Source: Eledone cirrhosa
Taxonomy: Eukaryota
Reading direction: 5' to 3'
Length of the DNA stretch: 64,000 bases
NCBI GenBank assembly: GCA_964016885.1
Contig: OZ024744.1
Coordinates: 71,982,001-72,046,000, forward strand
Each line of letters starts with the position of its first letter. Positions within the stretch are counted from its first letter, which is position 1. Shown here one piece after another: positions 42,451 through 56,479 of this stretch. The notes under the pieces were generated by a model. It did no database searches. It was not told the DNA's origin and worked only from the letters and a program-made list of their open reading frames with translations. Position numbers and translations under genes: made by a program.

Positions 42451-42858
42451 TTCGTTTAAATAAATATTCATATATTTCAGAAATATATGAATATTTTCTC
42501 CTAATGCAGTTTATATATAATATCGTCTTTTTTTAATGTATCATGGATTACGTTACTGATTACATACAATTTCTGTGTATATTGTCAATTACGAATTTAT
42601 TTGATCATATCTATATGCATATATATACTTGCGTATAATATCAATATACACACTACACATGGTTTTTTTCTGCTAGTATTAAATAATAAATGTTATCCAG
42701 TTACAAATACGAGAATAGCTCAATGTAAAATAACAAGTATAATACAGAGCCAGAATACTTTATAAATAACAATCAAAGAGTGTTTAATAACATCTAAATG
42801 TCATTAAACACTCTTTGATTGTTATTTATAAAGTACACACACACACACATACACACAC

Positions 42859-42896
<38 letters not shown>

Positions 42897-43125
42897 GTAA
42901 AATGACAGGAGGCCGGACTGTCATTTCACTCGATAATAATTAACTTCGTTCTCGCACCACCAACAAGATTCAACATCAAAGATAGATGAGTCGTATAATG
43001 TCGAGTGATTTTCCTAATATTACATCATGGTTGGCTATACGAAATGACCAGTTCTCTCTAGTCGGTAACCGCCAAACTTAAATGAATATATATATATACT
43101 GTATATATACTGTATATATATATAT

Positions 43126-43297
43126 ATAGGAAAATATATGACCCTGTTCGGCTATTTCTGGACGTTTGAGTACAGAAATAGCCGTCGAAAGGTCTGCCGT
43201 CAGGGTCATATATTTTCCTATTACCCACTCTACTACCCTAAGTATTGAGTACTCTGGTGCGTTATGGTCCATCTGGTTCCATACTACAACTCCTTCG

Positions 43298-43300
<3 letters not shown>
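43126..43300 (+). mobile_element. Fold-back remnant, family D (HHR 3' half + 80-nt tail)
   Basis: Hairpin ATAGGAAAATATATGACCCTG...CAGGGTCATATATTTTCCTAT. Tail shared with 48952-49035. Confidence 0.6.
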
Positions 43301-43331
<31 letters not shown>

Positions 43332-43338
43332 CGGAATG

Positions 43339-43458
<120 letters not shown>

Positions 43459-43708
43459 TATAGGGACTGTAACGTGCAGTTATTGTAGGTTCACCCAAAT
43501 GAGCACCCGTTTCGTAACTTGCCGTCTGTAAAGAGGTGTAGAACTAAGCAGAGTGTAAATAATTTGTCATTGCCACAGCAGAGGTCCGACGAGCTTTCGA
43601 TTTAAGAGTCAGGCCAGAAAGATACAGATCGTTAGCGGTCTTCCTGTTTTCCTTCAGTTGCAACGTTTTTCGAGATATTTACTTCTGCTTTCATAGATTT
43701 ATTTTTTT

Positions 43709-43759
43709 AGTTTCAGAAGATCCCGTTAAGGGTGAAAGCAGCGATTCTTAGCTTAAACT
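43709..43759 (+). ncRNA. Variant hammerhead (core CAGAAGA), family F
   Basis: AGTTT-CAGAAGA-tCCC-gttaa-GGGt-GAAA-GC...GC-TT-AAACT. Confidence 0.55.
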
Positions 43760-43799
43760 TTAATCTGTTATTTTAATAAATAAATAAATAAATAAATAA

Positions 43800-43916
<117 letters not shown>

Positions 43917-43920
43917 TATA

Positions 43921-44840
43921 TAAACGGAAAAAATGAAACGAAATTTCATTTCTCACTCTTAGTACGGCTGTTACTTAAATACTGTATAAGTATGTATACG
44001 TACATACATATATGTATACAGACGTACAGTAGTATGTATATATATATATATATATACATGCACACATATATCTATGTACGTATGGATTCACCGAACATTT
44101 ATTATAATGCTCGGTTTGTTTGTAAACAAACATCCCGAATTAAGCCGTACAGTGTTTAGCAACCATCGTTGCTCTTTTGTTCAACACTGACAAAGGAACG
44201 ATGTACTAGTTTCAAGCTTATTAGCTATCGTCAGGTAAATACTGTACGGCTTAATTCGGAATGTTTTGTTTAAAAACACACCGAGCATTATAATAAATGT
44301 TCGGTAAATCCATACGTATATATATATATGTGTGCATGTATGTATATATATATAATTACTACTGTACGTCTGTATACATATATGTATGTACGTATACATA
44401 CTTATATTTAAGTAACAGCCGCACTAAGAGTGAGAAATGAAATTTCGTTTCATTTTTTCCGTTTATCGTTTTCGGTGCGCCCGGCCGATTAACTCACTCG
44501 ATATGCAAATTAGGCTGCTCAGCCGTTAATGTGCATAAGGAAAGTATATAATTTCAGACGTTCAATCATCTGGCAGGAAGGTATACGGTGCTGACGATAG
44601 CTAATAAGCTTGAAACTAGTACATCGTTCCTTTGTCAGTGTTGAACAAATGAGCAACGATGGTTGCTAAACACTCTACGGCGTAATTCGGGCTGTTTGTT
44701 TGTTTACAAACAAACGGAGCATTATAATAAATGTTCGGTAAATCCATACGTACATATATATATATATATGTGTGCATGTATGTATATATATACATACTAC
44801 TGTACGTCTGTATACATATACGTATGTACGTATACATACT

Positions 44841-44843
<3 letters not shown>
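43921..44843 (+). mobile_element. Retrozyme-like element R3 copy 1 (inverted piece + about 434-nt unit + partial repeat)
   Basis: 44241-44405 repeats at about 44673-44843. 43921-44234 is an inverted piece. (TA)n on both sides. Confidence 0.8.
44585..44627 (+). ncRNA. Type I hammerhead ribozyme (R3)
   Basis: ACGGTG-CTGACGA-tAGCT-aata-AGCTt-GAAA-CTAG-TA-CATCGT. Minus-strand truncated copy at 44198-44234; mutated copy at 50530-50572. Confidence 0.85.
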
Positions 44844-44871
<28 letters not shown>

Positions 44872-44924
44872 ATATATATATACCACTATATAGTCGAGAG
44901 TTCTACTGAATTTGCTATCCCATA

Positions 44925-45815
44925 ATAATGGTTTGGGATTTAGGCACAAGGCCAACAATTTTAGGGGAGGGGAAAGTCGATTTAATTGACCTCCTTTCAT
45001 TACTATGGCTTTATTTTATCGACCTCGTAAGGGTGAAAGGCAAACCTAACCTCGGCGGGATTTGAATCAAAACGTAAAGGGCTGCAACTCTGTGCCATGA
45101 AGCATGGTGTCCGACGCTTTATCGATACTACCAATCCACCACCCTTACTATCCCATAATAATGGTTTGTGATTTAGGCACAAACCCAACAATTTTAGGGG
45201 AGGGGAAAGTTCATTAAATTGACTCCAGTTCATTACTGGTGCTTTATTTTATCGACCCCCGTAACGATGAAAAGAAAAGCTAACATCAGCGTGATTTGAA
45301 ATCAGATCGCAAAGGACCATATCTCTATGCCACAAAGCAAATTGTTTGACGCTTTACCGATACTGCCAATCCGCTGCCCTGCTATCCCATAAAAGTAACA
45401 ATATTTTTTTTCCTTTTGTAAAATCTCTCTACCAATGGGTTGTTAGGAGAAACGTCTCAATTGGCCTCAGATCAGTCCTTGAAACAAGGTTAAGCAACAT
45501 CACTAATACATAGTTTCAACAGACAATAGGAAACTGTCTGTGAAATCATATTGACCGATAAATCACTCCATGTGCTCATTAAATTGTAATGTTTGCCGCA
45601 TGGTCAGCTAAAAATGAATATTTTATAGGGGAAAAAATAATTGTTTCTACTTTTGGCATAAGGCCAACAATTATCCCAGTCCATTACTGGTGCTTTACTT
45701 TACCGACTCCGTAAGGATGAAAGGCAACGTTAAACTCGGTGGGATTTAAAACCAGACCGAAAAGGGCCATAACTCTATGGTGCAAATCATTGTGTCCGAC
45801 CCTCTACCGATATTG
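44925..45815 (-). mobile_element. Cluster of Nin-type SINE copies
   Basis: Tandem copies at 44925-45385 and a separate copy at 45637-45815. Confidence 0.8.
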
Positions 45816-46479
45816 CCCTATAGGGGAAAAATAATAAACCGTATTTTGAATTGTAAACTATTGGTGATGGTTTCTTATTTCAATGATTTTCAAGCGTGAT
45901 GCTCTTTACAATTTGATGATTAGTCACACCTGTGTAAAACATCCACGCAGAAATCATCAAGAAAACCAACCAACCGTGTTATAATACTTGGGCATATCTT
46001 TACTCTATTGAGTAATTAAAATATTTGAAAAAATGTTAACACTATAAATTTAAAAAAAAATTACTAAATATCTTCGAATAATTAAAAAAAAATATATATC
46101 ATTTAATATAAATATCGATTTTACATATAATCGATGGTCGATTATTTTTAAGAATTTACCATTAAAAATATTGCAGAAAATAAATAAATAAATTTGATTT
46201 GGAATAGATGTTTGAATGTATGTATGTGTATTTGTGAATTATAATTTCTCTCTCTCTCTCTCTCCCTCTCTCCAGCTTGGTAAGTATGCAAATACACATA
46301 CACACACACGCGCACACACACACACACATACATACACACATATATATACATACACACACACATATGTATATATATATATACACACACAAATAAACAATAT
46401 ATATGCGTGTGTATATATGTGTATGTGTATATACGTAAATGAGCATACACAAACGCAAAAACACACACATATATAGGGA

Positions 46480-46513
<34 letters not shown>

Positions 46514-46553
46514 GAGAAAGAAAGAAGGAAAGAGAGAAAGAAAGAAAGAAGGA

Positions 46554-46585
<32 letters not shown>

Positions 46586-46887
46586 ATGAATGAAAGAAAA
46601 AGTAGGTGAAGGAGAAAAAGAAGAATTTGATACAATACTGAACTAGTAATTTAGTAATGTACTACCTGGTGAAAGGTGAAGTTTAGGTGAGTGTGATTTG
46701 GTCGAGAGAAATGCCAGGCTGCGTACTCTCCCAAAACTAATGATACTGGCATTTGTCGGCTAATGGATTCGTGTATTCTTAAATGCTTCAATGTTGCTTT
46801 TAATCGTCGATAAAATTAAGAATTACAATCTATTTATAGCTATTTTCAGAGAATCCTCCGTCGTGTTTTCTGTTAGTGAAATGTGTG

Positions 46888-46921
<34 letters not shown>

Positions 46922-46977
46922 CGTGTGTGTGCGTGTGTTTGTGTGTGAGTACACAAGTGTTTTTTTTTTAAATGTCG

Positions 46978-47290
46978 CATCGAGAACAAGGACCATATAC
47001 TACAATAACCTGGGGTTCAAGGGACCCCAGATTTTTTAATAAGCTGCCAAAGAAATCTGAGAGATCTACATGGTGTGCATGTAGATGTTTTCAAGAGATA
47101 TCTCGACATTTTACTGACCAAGATCCCGCATGAATCCACAGCACGAGACGAAGCACAAATAAGAGCAGCAGCAACAAACCCACTTTTGCATCAATGGCCA
47201 ACCAGGAAAGGACTGGCTATAGAAAGTGTAGTATCGGTGGCATTGCCCCAGCATGGCCTCAGCCACTCGGCTGGAACACGATTTTGAAAT
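46978..47290 (+). pseudogene. CR1-like LINE 3' end
   Basis: GFKGPQIF.NKLPK...FKRYLDILLTKIPHE...RAAATNPLLHQ. Confidence 0.55.
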
Positions 47291-47547
47291 GAAACCCTTT
47301 ATTTGGAATCGATACTCAGCTACTTCAGCGCCACAAAGTATTCTAGAAGGGCAGTGTGTAACAAAGTACTTATAATAAAAAGGAAAAAACCTTCTTTCGA
47401 GATGGGAGAGCGATAAGAACTCGAAATTAGTTATTTGATTTTGCGGTATATTTACTTTGATTCTTAAATATGATACGTATATTTACTGTCATTGTTGTTG
47501 GCGTGGGTACACTATGTATATATAGTACACACACATATACGCATATG

Positions 47548-47578
<31 letters not shown>

Positions 47579-47839
47579 CTAATAATAAACGTTTGCTCTA
47601 CATGGCTGAATACAAATAAATATAAGTTTATAAGTTTTTCGAATATTAATAATAATATTCGATTCGTTTGCAATTATGTTATGCAAACAAGCCTCTTTTT
47701 TAAAGCCATATTAGTAGAATGAGCCCCTCATTCTACAGTTTACATGCCAGCACAAGAGCAAAAATGAGAGGCTCATTCTACTGACATGGCTTTAAAAAGA
47801 GGGTTGTTTGCATAATTGGAAACGTATCGAATATCATTA

Positions 47840-48125
47840 CTTTGCCTTTCATCCTTACGGGGTCGATAAAATAAAGTACCAGTAATGCACTGGATAATTG
47901 CTGGCCTTGTGCCTAAAGTAGAAACAATTATTAATATTCGAATGGGCGGTGAGTTGGCAGTATCGGTAGAGGGTCGGACGCCATGCTTTGACGCATAGAA
48001 TTACGGCCCTTGCCATTCTGAGTTCAAATCCCGCCGAGGTTAACTTTGCCTTTCATCATTACGGGGTCGATAAAATAAAGTACCAGTAATGTACTGGGTA
48101 ATTGCTGGCCTTATATTGCTGGCCT
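47840..48125 (+). mobile_element. Two Nin-type SINE copies
   Basis: A partial copy and a full copy. Confidence 0.8.
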
Positions 48126-48238
48126 TATTGATATTCGAAAAACTTAGGTTACATTTATATATATATACACTCTCTAACCTACATAGAGCACTCTTTTTTC
48201 CTGGACCTTTCCGGCGGAATTACTTCATTTACACACAC

Positions 48239-48271
<33 letters not shown>

Positions 48272-48562
48272 CATATGTAGCAGGTGAGTTTTATTGTAGT
48301 ACAATAAAGCAATGCAGATATCGGATAAGAAGATAGATGCGCATAATAAAATACATGGAACTCTTTTAACCATCTGTTGTTCTTATATATTATATATATA
48401 CATATAAAATAACTAAATAAGATACTGGGGTAACATATATCGTTTAATCATAATACTTATTTCCACGGTTCTCCATGCAATCGAGATGTCCTTCATTCAT
48501 ATTGCTGTTGATTATGAGAACGGTCTCCTCAGATGAAGTATTCAGCAATGTAGAGCAAAAGT

Positions 48563-48662
<100 letters not shown>

Positions 48663-48898
48663 TCATATACGTATGTGTGTGTGTACTATATATACATAGT
48701 GTACCCATGCCAACAACAATGACAGTAGTATAGTATACATATTATTACCGAAGGTTTCAAGAAACTCGATGATTCTTGCAAGGAACATTAATAAAATACC
48801 TTTATAGTATATACTCTATACAATACATAGAGCACTTTTTTTCCTTTTTACGGAAATACTTAACACACACACACATACAGGCGCGTGCGCGCGCGCAC

Positions 48899-48951
<53 letters not shown>

Positions 48952-48953
<2 letters not shown>

Positions 48954-49145
48954 ACGAAGGAAATGTGGTAAGGAACCAGATGGACCATAACGCACCAAAG
49001 TACTCAATACTTAGGGTAGTAGAGTGGGTAATAGGAACGACTAGGACCCCGACAGCTGAGCTCAAGCCGTTGCGACGGCTAATTCTGAAGTCCAGAATTA
49101 GCCGTCGAAACGGCTTGAGCTCAGCCGTCGGGGTCCTACTCGTTC
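48952..49145. mobile_element. Fold-back remnant, family D, with a near-perfect hairpin of about 53 bp
   Basis: Hairpin at 49034-49145 with loop AAGTC. The right arm reads GAAA-CGGC...GCCG-TC-GGGGTC (HHR 3' half). Confidence 0.65.
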
Positions 49146-49205
49146 ATATTGATGATTTCTAATGAATGAAACAGTTCTAGTCCTGTAGAATCTCATCTAT
49201 ATTAA

Positions 49206-49236
<31 letters not shown>

Positions 49237-49589
49237 AGCGAATTGGTATTTGTTTCGGCTCTCTGCTCACTGAGTTCAAATTCCGCCGATGTCAACTTTG
49301 CTTTTCATCCATTCAAGATCGATAAATATAGTACCAATCATGTAGGTAGTGTGTATGTGTGTGTGTGTGTGTGGGGTGGGGGGTGGGGTTCTAATCTTCA
49401 TCTATATCTCCTTCTCACTTCAATTATCTCAATCTCTATCCTTCTTTGGAAGAAATATGCTGTATTTAGGCCTGGAGAAGAGATGGGCTCCACCAGCTTC
49501 GAAGAAAGAGGCCCTAGAAACGCCATATGCAAATAAGATTCCCTCAGAATTTACAGGACCATGCACACACACACATATATATATATATA

Positions 49590-49780
49590 TGCGGTGGATT
49601 GGCAGTATCGGTAGAGGGTCGGACGCCATGATTTGACGCATAGAGTTACGGCCCTTGCCATTCTTAGTTCAAATCCCGCCGTGGTTAACTTTGCCTTTCA
49701 TCCTTACGGGGTCGTTAAAATAAAGTACCAGTAACGTACTGGATATTTGCTGTCCTTGTGCCAATAGTAGAAACAATTAA
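49590..49780 (+). mobile_element. Nin-type SINE
   Basis: A and B boxes plus core. Confidence 0.82.
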
Positions 49781-49811
49781 TATATAGATGCATACATATA
49801 TACATACACAC

Positions 49812-49850
<39 letters not shown>

Positions 49851-49925
49851 TATATATGAATATATATATTATATGTATATATATATACATATTTATATAT
49901 AAGTATATATATATGTATGTATGTA

Positions 49926-50055
49926 TAAATGGAAAAATTGAAATTTCATTTCTCACTCTTAGTACGGCTGATACTTAAATGTAAGTATGTACACGTAGAT
50001 ACATATATGTATACAGACTCTACAGTGGTATGTATATGCACACATACATGCACAC

Positions 50056-50151
<96 letters not shown>

Positions 50152-50785
50152 GTATGGGTTTACATTTATTATTATGCTCGGTTTGTTTGTAAACAAACAG
50201 CCCGAATTATTAGCCAACAAACAAACCGAGCATTATAATAAATGTTCGGTAAACCCATACGTACATATATATATATGTGTGTGTGTGCATGTATATATAT
50301 ATATACATACTACTGTACGTCTGTATACATATATATATGTACGTATACATACTTATATTTAAGTATCAGCCGTACTAAGAGTGAGAAATGAAATTTCAAT
50401 TTTTCCATTTATTGTTTACGGTACGCCCGGCTGACTAACTCACACAATATGCAAATTAGGCTGCTCAGCCGTTAATATGCATAAGGAAAGTATATACTTT
50501 CAAACGTTCAATCAACTGACAGGACGTATACGGTGCTGATGACAGCTAATAAGCTAGAAACTACTTCATCGTTCCTTTGTCAGTGTTGAACAAAAGGGCA
50601 ACGATGGTTGCGGAACTCTGTACGGCTTAATTCGGGCTGTTTTTTTACAAACAAACCGAGCATTATAATAAATGTTCGGTAAACCCATACGTACATATAT
50701 ATATATATATGTGCATGTATGTATGCATATACATACTACTGTACGTCTGTATACATATATGTATGTATGTGTACATACTTATATT
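49926..50785 (+). mobile_element. Retrozyme-like element R3 copy 2 (430-nt unit)
   Basis: Same outer ends as copy 1 but a different inversion point. ACAAACCGAG at 50221 and 50651. Confidence 0.8.
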
Positions 50786-50793
50786 TATGTATG

Positions 50794-50831
<38 letters not shown>

Positions 50832-50883
50832 TATATATATATATGTATATATATTCATATATAAGTATATACATATATATATG

Positions 50884-50921
<38 letters not shown>

Positions 50922-50966
50922 CATATATATATGTATATACTTATATATGAATATATATATATATAT

Positions 50967-51800
50967 ATTTCGTTTCTGAATTTGTTTAGCAAGATTCTTT
51001 ATCTGAAATCGTGTGTTGAAACCGATATTGTTATACTTTGGGAGGGTCATGTTGCCAATAAGAAACACACGCACCAGTTGCTTTCACTTCAATTTAATTT
51101 AATATATATTTATAAATTTACAAATTTATAAATTTCTGGTTGGTTGGTTGGTTCCACAACCAGATAGTTGTTTATATATATATATAGTCATAGTTCTTTC
51201 GTCACACACTCTGTGACCTCTTCAGTGACTGGGGATTTCTTTCTTCGTTTCTGTGCCTTTCCTTTCTTCTATCCTACGCCATTTTGTTTGTGTGTGGGTT
51301 GCGTGCTCAGTTTGCGCATGCGCCACATCCGGGTGTCTGTGTGTGTTTGTGTTCATTTTTCTATTTTTCTATTTATATTTGTTTGTTTATTTATTTATTT
51401 ATTGTTGGTTGGTTGTTTGTTCTATGTGTGTGTGTGTTTTCATTTTGTCTTGTGTGTGTTTTCATTTTGTGTGTGTTTTCAATTGTAAGTTGTTTGTTCT
51501 ATGTGTGTGTGTGTTTTCATTTTGTCCTTAATTGTAAGTTGTGATGTTGCTGTTCCACTCATATTTTCTATTTAATTTTGGTTTTAATTCTTTTATGCTT
51601 ACTGCCTCTGTAATTTGCCTAAACATTGCGTCTTTCTTGTGTGTGGATTCTATTTTTATTTCTATGCTCTCTAATTTACCCCTGTGTTCTATCTTAGCAT
51701 GTTGGTAGAGCACAGATGATTCTTTACTATCTTGGAGGTCTCGCCAGTGTTCATTTATTCGTTCCCCTATACTACGAGCTGTCTCACCTATGTACACTAT
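50967..51800 (-). mobile_element. 5'-truncated PLE-B copy: GIY-YIG C-terminus + pLTR with intact HHR
   Basis: 51528-51797 encodes [17 protein letters not shown]...KPKLNRKYEWN, homologous to PLE-A. HHR at about 51186-51230. Confidence 0.9.
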
Positions 51801-51902
51801 ATTTTTGTTGTTGTTGTTTTTGTTGTTTTTTTTTTTTGTTTCTACATTGTCCTTCAGTACATATATATATATATATATTCATATATATATATATATATAT
51901 TC

Positions 51903-51933
<31 letters not shown>

Positions 51934-51935
51934 TA

Positions 51936-52020
<85 letters not shown>

Positions 52021-52043
52021 CGTTTCTGACCCTCAAAGTGTAA

Positions 52044-52147
<104 letters not shown>

Positions 52148-52166
52148 GTACATATTAATATAGAAA

Positions 52167-52240
52167 AGCTTCTACAGGACTAGAACTGTTTCATTCGTGA
52201 GAAATCATCAGGATGAAACAGTTCTAGTCCTGTAGAAGCT
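52167..52240. repeat. Fold-back centred on a hammerhead core
   Basis: Minus strand CTGATGA-tTTC-tcac-GAAt-GAAA-cagt-TC. The plus arm restarts at ATGAAACAGTTC. Relative at about 49149-49190. Confidence 0.6.
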
Positions 52241-52363
52241 CTTCTATATAAACACATTTATACTCTGCTATGTATTGAGTACCTTACTTACTGTGGTTAC
52301 CTCCGATTGAACCCTGAATAACATATATATATATTCTTTGCTTAAACTTTAATCTGTTATTTT

Positions 52364-52436
<73 letters not shown>

Positions 52437-52506
52437 TTATACATACGTGTGTGTACTTATACATATGAGTACTTATGCATGCATACATACATACACACAC
52501 ACACAC

Positions 52507-52553
<47 letters not shown>

Positions 52554-52754
52554 TATATATATATATATATATGTATAAGTACACAACCCCCCCCACACAC
52601 ACACACACACACTTACATATTTACATCGGTCTTTCTCATATTTTCACTGTCACTTTATCTTTTACTCAACGTAACTGGCCATATCTATTTCTCATTAACA
52701 GACATACACATTCAGGCATACATACACACATATTATCTCCTCCAATTTCTCCTC

Positions 52755-52787
<33 letters not shown>

Positions 52788-53156
52788 ACTGTTGTATTCT
52801 CATTCTCATTTTTTCTTTCTTTCTCTTCTTTTCCCATCCACCACCACTCTCTCAATCTCTTTCTGTCGCACTTCTTTTCTAAGTAATATATTTCATTGTC
52901 AATAAAATGTGCATAAAAGGAACTTCTACAATCCGGCTTCCTTGAGTTTTATGACCTCATATTTAAGAAATCTTAAATGTGGAATGCGCCAAGTCATTTC
53001 ACCTCTGTTAACTCACCTGGAACGCTGCGATTTTGTCAATCTTTTCATTTATCTTATTATTTGTATCATTTTTGTGTGTGTGTATCTCGCTGTTATAAAC
53101 ATACACACAGACACATAATTCACACATACACTTATGTATATGTATATAATTTTGTA

Positions 53157-53198
<42 letters not shown>

Positions 53199-53253
53199 TG
53201 TGTGTGTGTGCGCGTGTATGTGTATAAATATATGTATATGTAGACACACACGT

Positions 53254-53317
<64 letters not shown>

Positions 53318-53584
53318 CTGTATAAATACAGTATTTGAGCTAGACAGCACTAATGTGTATATCAATATATACATATCTAATGCGTAGTCATGTGAAAATG
53401 CCCCCAAAATACAAATTTCCCTCTAGATTAAAAATTTATAGACACCTTTAATGGATTTTCGGGACCTATTGGATTCTCATTAGAGGGCGTGTATAACACC
53501 CAAAGAGCCACAAGGAAACATGCATTTGACGGGCTTATATACCAATATACGATTTTGTTCTTAGTATCATTCTGAAATGATCCA

Positions 53585-53659
<75 letters not shown>

Positions 53660-54031
53660 AGAAAGTTATAGTTCACTTGAAGCATTGTATAATGAGGTAT
53701 AAACGTTTGTATTTGTAAAGCCAAAACAATGCAGGTATGGATATACAGTAGAATATAAATGAAAATTTTCGAGATAATATCTCTTCTTCGGAGGGAAGTA
53801 AAGTGGTTAAACCAGCGTTCTAAATAACTTGCCAAGTCATCCTGTCAGCATGACTTGGCAAGCTATTTAGAACAGTGGTTTAACAACTTTACTTCCCTCC
53901 GAGGAAGAGATATTATCTCGAAAATTAAGGATATCAAATAAATTTAAGGTAAAAGACTAATTGTCAACAATATCGTTTGCATTTGCATTTATATTCTATA
54001 TCCATACCTGCATTGTTTTGGCTTTACAAAT
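53660..54031. mobile_element. Palindromic remnant with a variant HHR (CCGAGGA) at 53896-53930
   Basis: Inverted arms centred near 53835. CCT-CCGAGGA-aGAGAT-att-ATCTC-GAAA-at-TA-AGG. Confidence 0.55.
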
Positions 54032-54212
54032 ATATATATATATGCAAAAGTTCTATTTAAAGTTGTTGGGATACAACAAGTAAATATTTTTATAACTGAT
54101 ATAAAGCACTCGACAAGTTTTTGGAGTAGATATACGATATTAATAAATGGAAACTATATTTATAAAACCATATTTATTTCATTATACATATTTCAGGGAT
54201 ACCACATTAAAT

Positions 54213-54448
54213 TATTTATTAAAATAACAGATTAAAGTTTAAGCAAAGAATCGCTGCTTTCACCCTTAACGTGATCTTCTGAAACTAACAAAGTCAATCT
54301 ATCGTCTTCCTGTCTTCCTCCGGTTGCAACGTTTTTTGAAATATCCACTTCTGCGTTTACAGATTGACTTTGTTAGTTTCAGAAGATCCCGTTAAGGGTG
54401 AAAGCAGCGATTCTTTGCTTAAACTTTAATGTGTTATTTTAATAAATA
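54213..54448. mobile_element. Family F inverted remnant with variant HHRs (54375-54425 +, about 54236-54286 -)
   Basis: Arms at 54213-54300 and 54361-54448, homologous to about 43640-43780. Confidence 0.65.
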
Positions 54449-54535
54449 TTTGCTCTACGGTTCTTATATATTTGATATATATTTATCCTTATCGAGCCCT
54501 CTTTGGATTTTAGTCTTCAAATTTATTATTATTAC

Positions 54536-54569
<34 letters not shown>

Positions 54570-54898
54570 TACATCAGAGAAAACATCGCGGACGCTCTAT
54601 CTCAAAATTATTTTTGAAAAGCATTAGAAATGCGCAACCGGTAAAACTTAAAACCAAAACTTAATGCTAACCAATACCATTACTAATTCTCACTTATTCC
54701 TAATTAAACTATTTTTCACTGTGAACAATTTGTCAGCATTTTTCTATTCTGTTTACCAATATATATATATAAATTAATATGACAGATAAAAGTTCTTAAA
54801 TCATTTAATTCAATTGTTTCATACATGCATACAAACACACATGCACGCACACACACACACTCACTTACACACACATATGTATATATATATACACATAT

Positions 54899-54994
<96 letters not shown>

Positions 54995-55074
54995 TGTAAA
55001 CAGAAATAACAACACAGTCGGTACAGTACATGCAAGGAATATATTAGGTTAACCCTTGAAATAGCAGGAAGAGG

Positions 55075-55112
55075 GTCTTAACGTTTCGGACGCCAGTCCT
55101 TCATCAGAAAAA
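55075..55112 (-). ncRNA. Minimal hammerhead in a Neptune-type PLE 3' end
   Basis: Minus strand: TTT-CTGATGA-aGGAC-tggc-GTCC-GAAA-CGT-TA-AGA. Downstream sequence resembles 36054-36170. Confidence 0.7.
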
Positions 55113-55617
55113 AGAATGAGAAATTAGATAGATAAATATTTTTAGAGAAAAATAACACATAATATAAAAAAAATGATATGTTCGTTTGTTTGTTGGTTGG
55201 TTCGTTGGTTAGTTCTTTCGCGTTCATTCACACAAGTGATACAAACGCACAAACACACAGCTATAACGAATCTTAGAACGCTGGACTCCTATACTTTCTC
55301 ACCCCTCCTTCCCCAGTCAACAACAGAGATGTGTGTGTATGTAATAATTATTTCTTCTAAGTGTGTCTGTTTATATATATATATGTATATGTAGATTTGC
55401 GTGTGTCTGTAATACACAAGGCCTTTATATTAGTAGATTATTAACGGTTTTTATATTACGTTTAAGTTTACTTTGCGAAAATAACGACACTTTGTGTATT
55501 AACGTTTCAAGACATTATCTTTTAAATCATGTCATGATAGTGGTCCGTTGTCTCACACCTCACTCCAGAGATACACACTCAGACACACACATACACACAC
55601 ATACGCATATATATATG

Positions 55618-55726
<109 letters not shown>

Positions 55727-56236
55727 AGGTATATATACATATATATATATATAGAGAGAGAGAGCGAGAGAGAGAGTGGGGGGGGGGAGATAGATAGAGA
55801 GAAAGAGAAAGAGAGAGATAGATAGATAGGGAAACAGAGAGATTGATGTAGCTATTCAACCGAGTATAACCATTACAGAATGATCTGTTTTTCAATATAT
55901 CGTTCACATATATTTATTGTCTCTGTCATTGCTGAATAGAGTACGATACGGGGTTTAACCCGAACCGTCAAATCTTTTCCACCCTTTCACTTCCATCCGC
56001 TGAGAAGGTTTTCATTATACACACATTATATACGTTATTGTGCACATGTTTTTTACCCCATATGTATCATTTTTTTTGGTTTTTTTAATCTATCACGTTG
56101 TGCAATTGTGTCATCTCTCGGTTATTTGAGTCGTTGTGACCTACACAACCACAGACAAAGCACACACACACACACACACACACTCAAGCACACAGTCAAA
56201 CACACACAAACAAGCACGCACACACACAGACACACA

Positions 56237-56277
<41 letters not shown>

Positions 56278-56384
56278 TTATGCTTGTCTCTCTCACTCTC
56301 TCACTCTTTCACTCACTCTCGATATAAATATATATATGTAGGGATTGTAATATTTATATATATTCATGCATATAAGTGTGTGTG

Positions 56385-56448
<64 letters not shown>

Positions 56449-56479
56449 GTTGTGTGGTTGTGTGTGTGTGTTTGTGTGT

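Noticed and set aside
44925-45385. CRISPR-like array
   Set aside because: Tandem SINE copies in eukaryotic DNA, with no repeat-spacer periodicity or cas genes.
46276-46279. Possible 4-nt microexon: (CT)n-CAG|CTTG|GTAAGT
   Set aside because: No flanking exons or transcript support, and such motifs arise by chance next to CT repeats.
48448-48536. Minus-strand CTGAGGA...GAAA hammerhead candidate
   Set aside because: Stems I and III pair poorly; at best a decayed copy.
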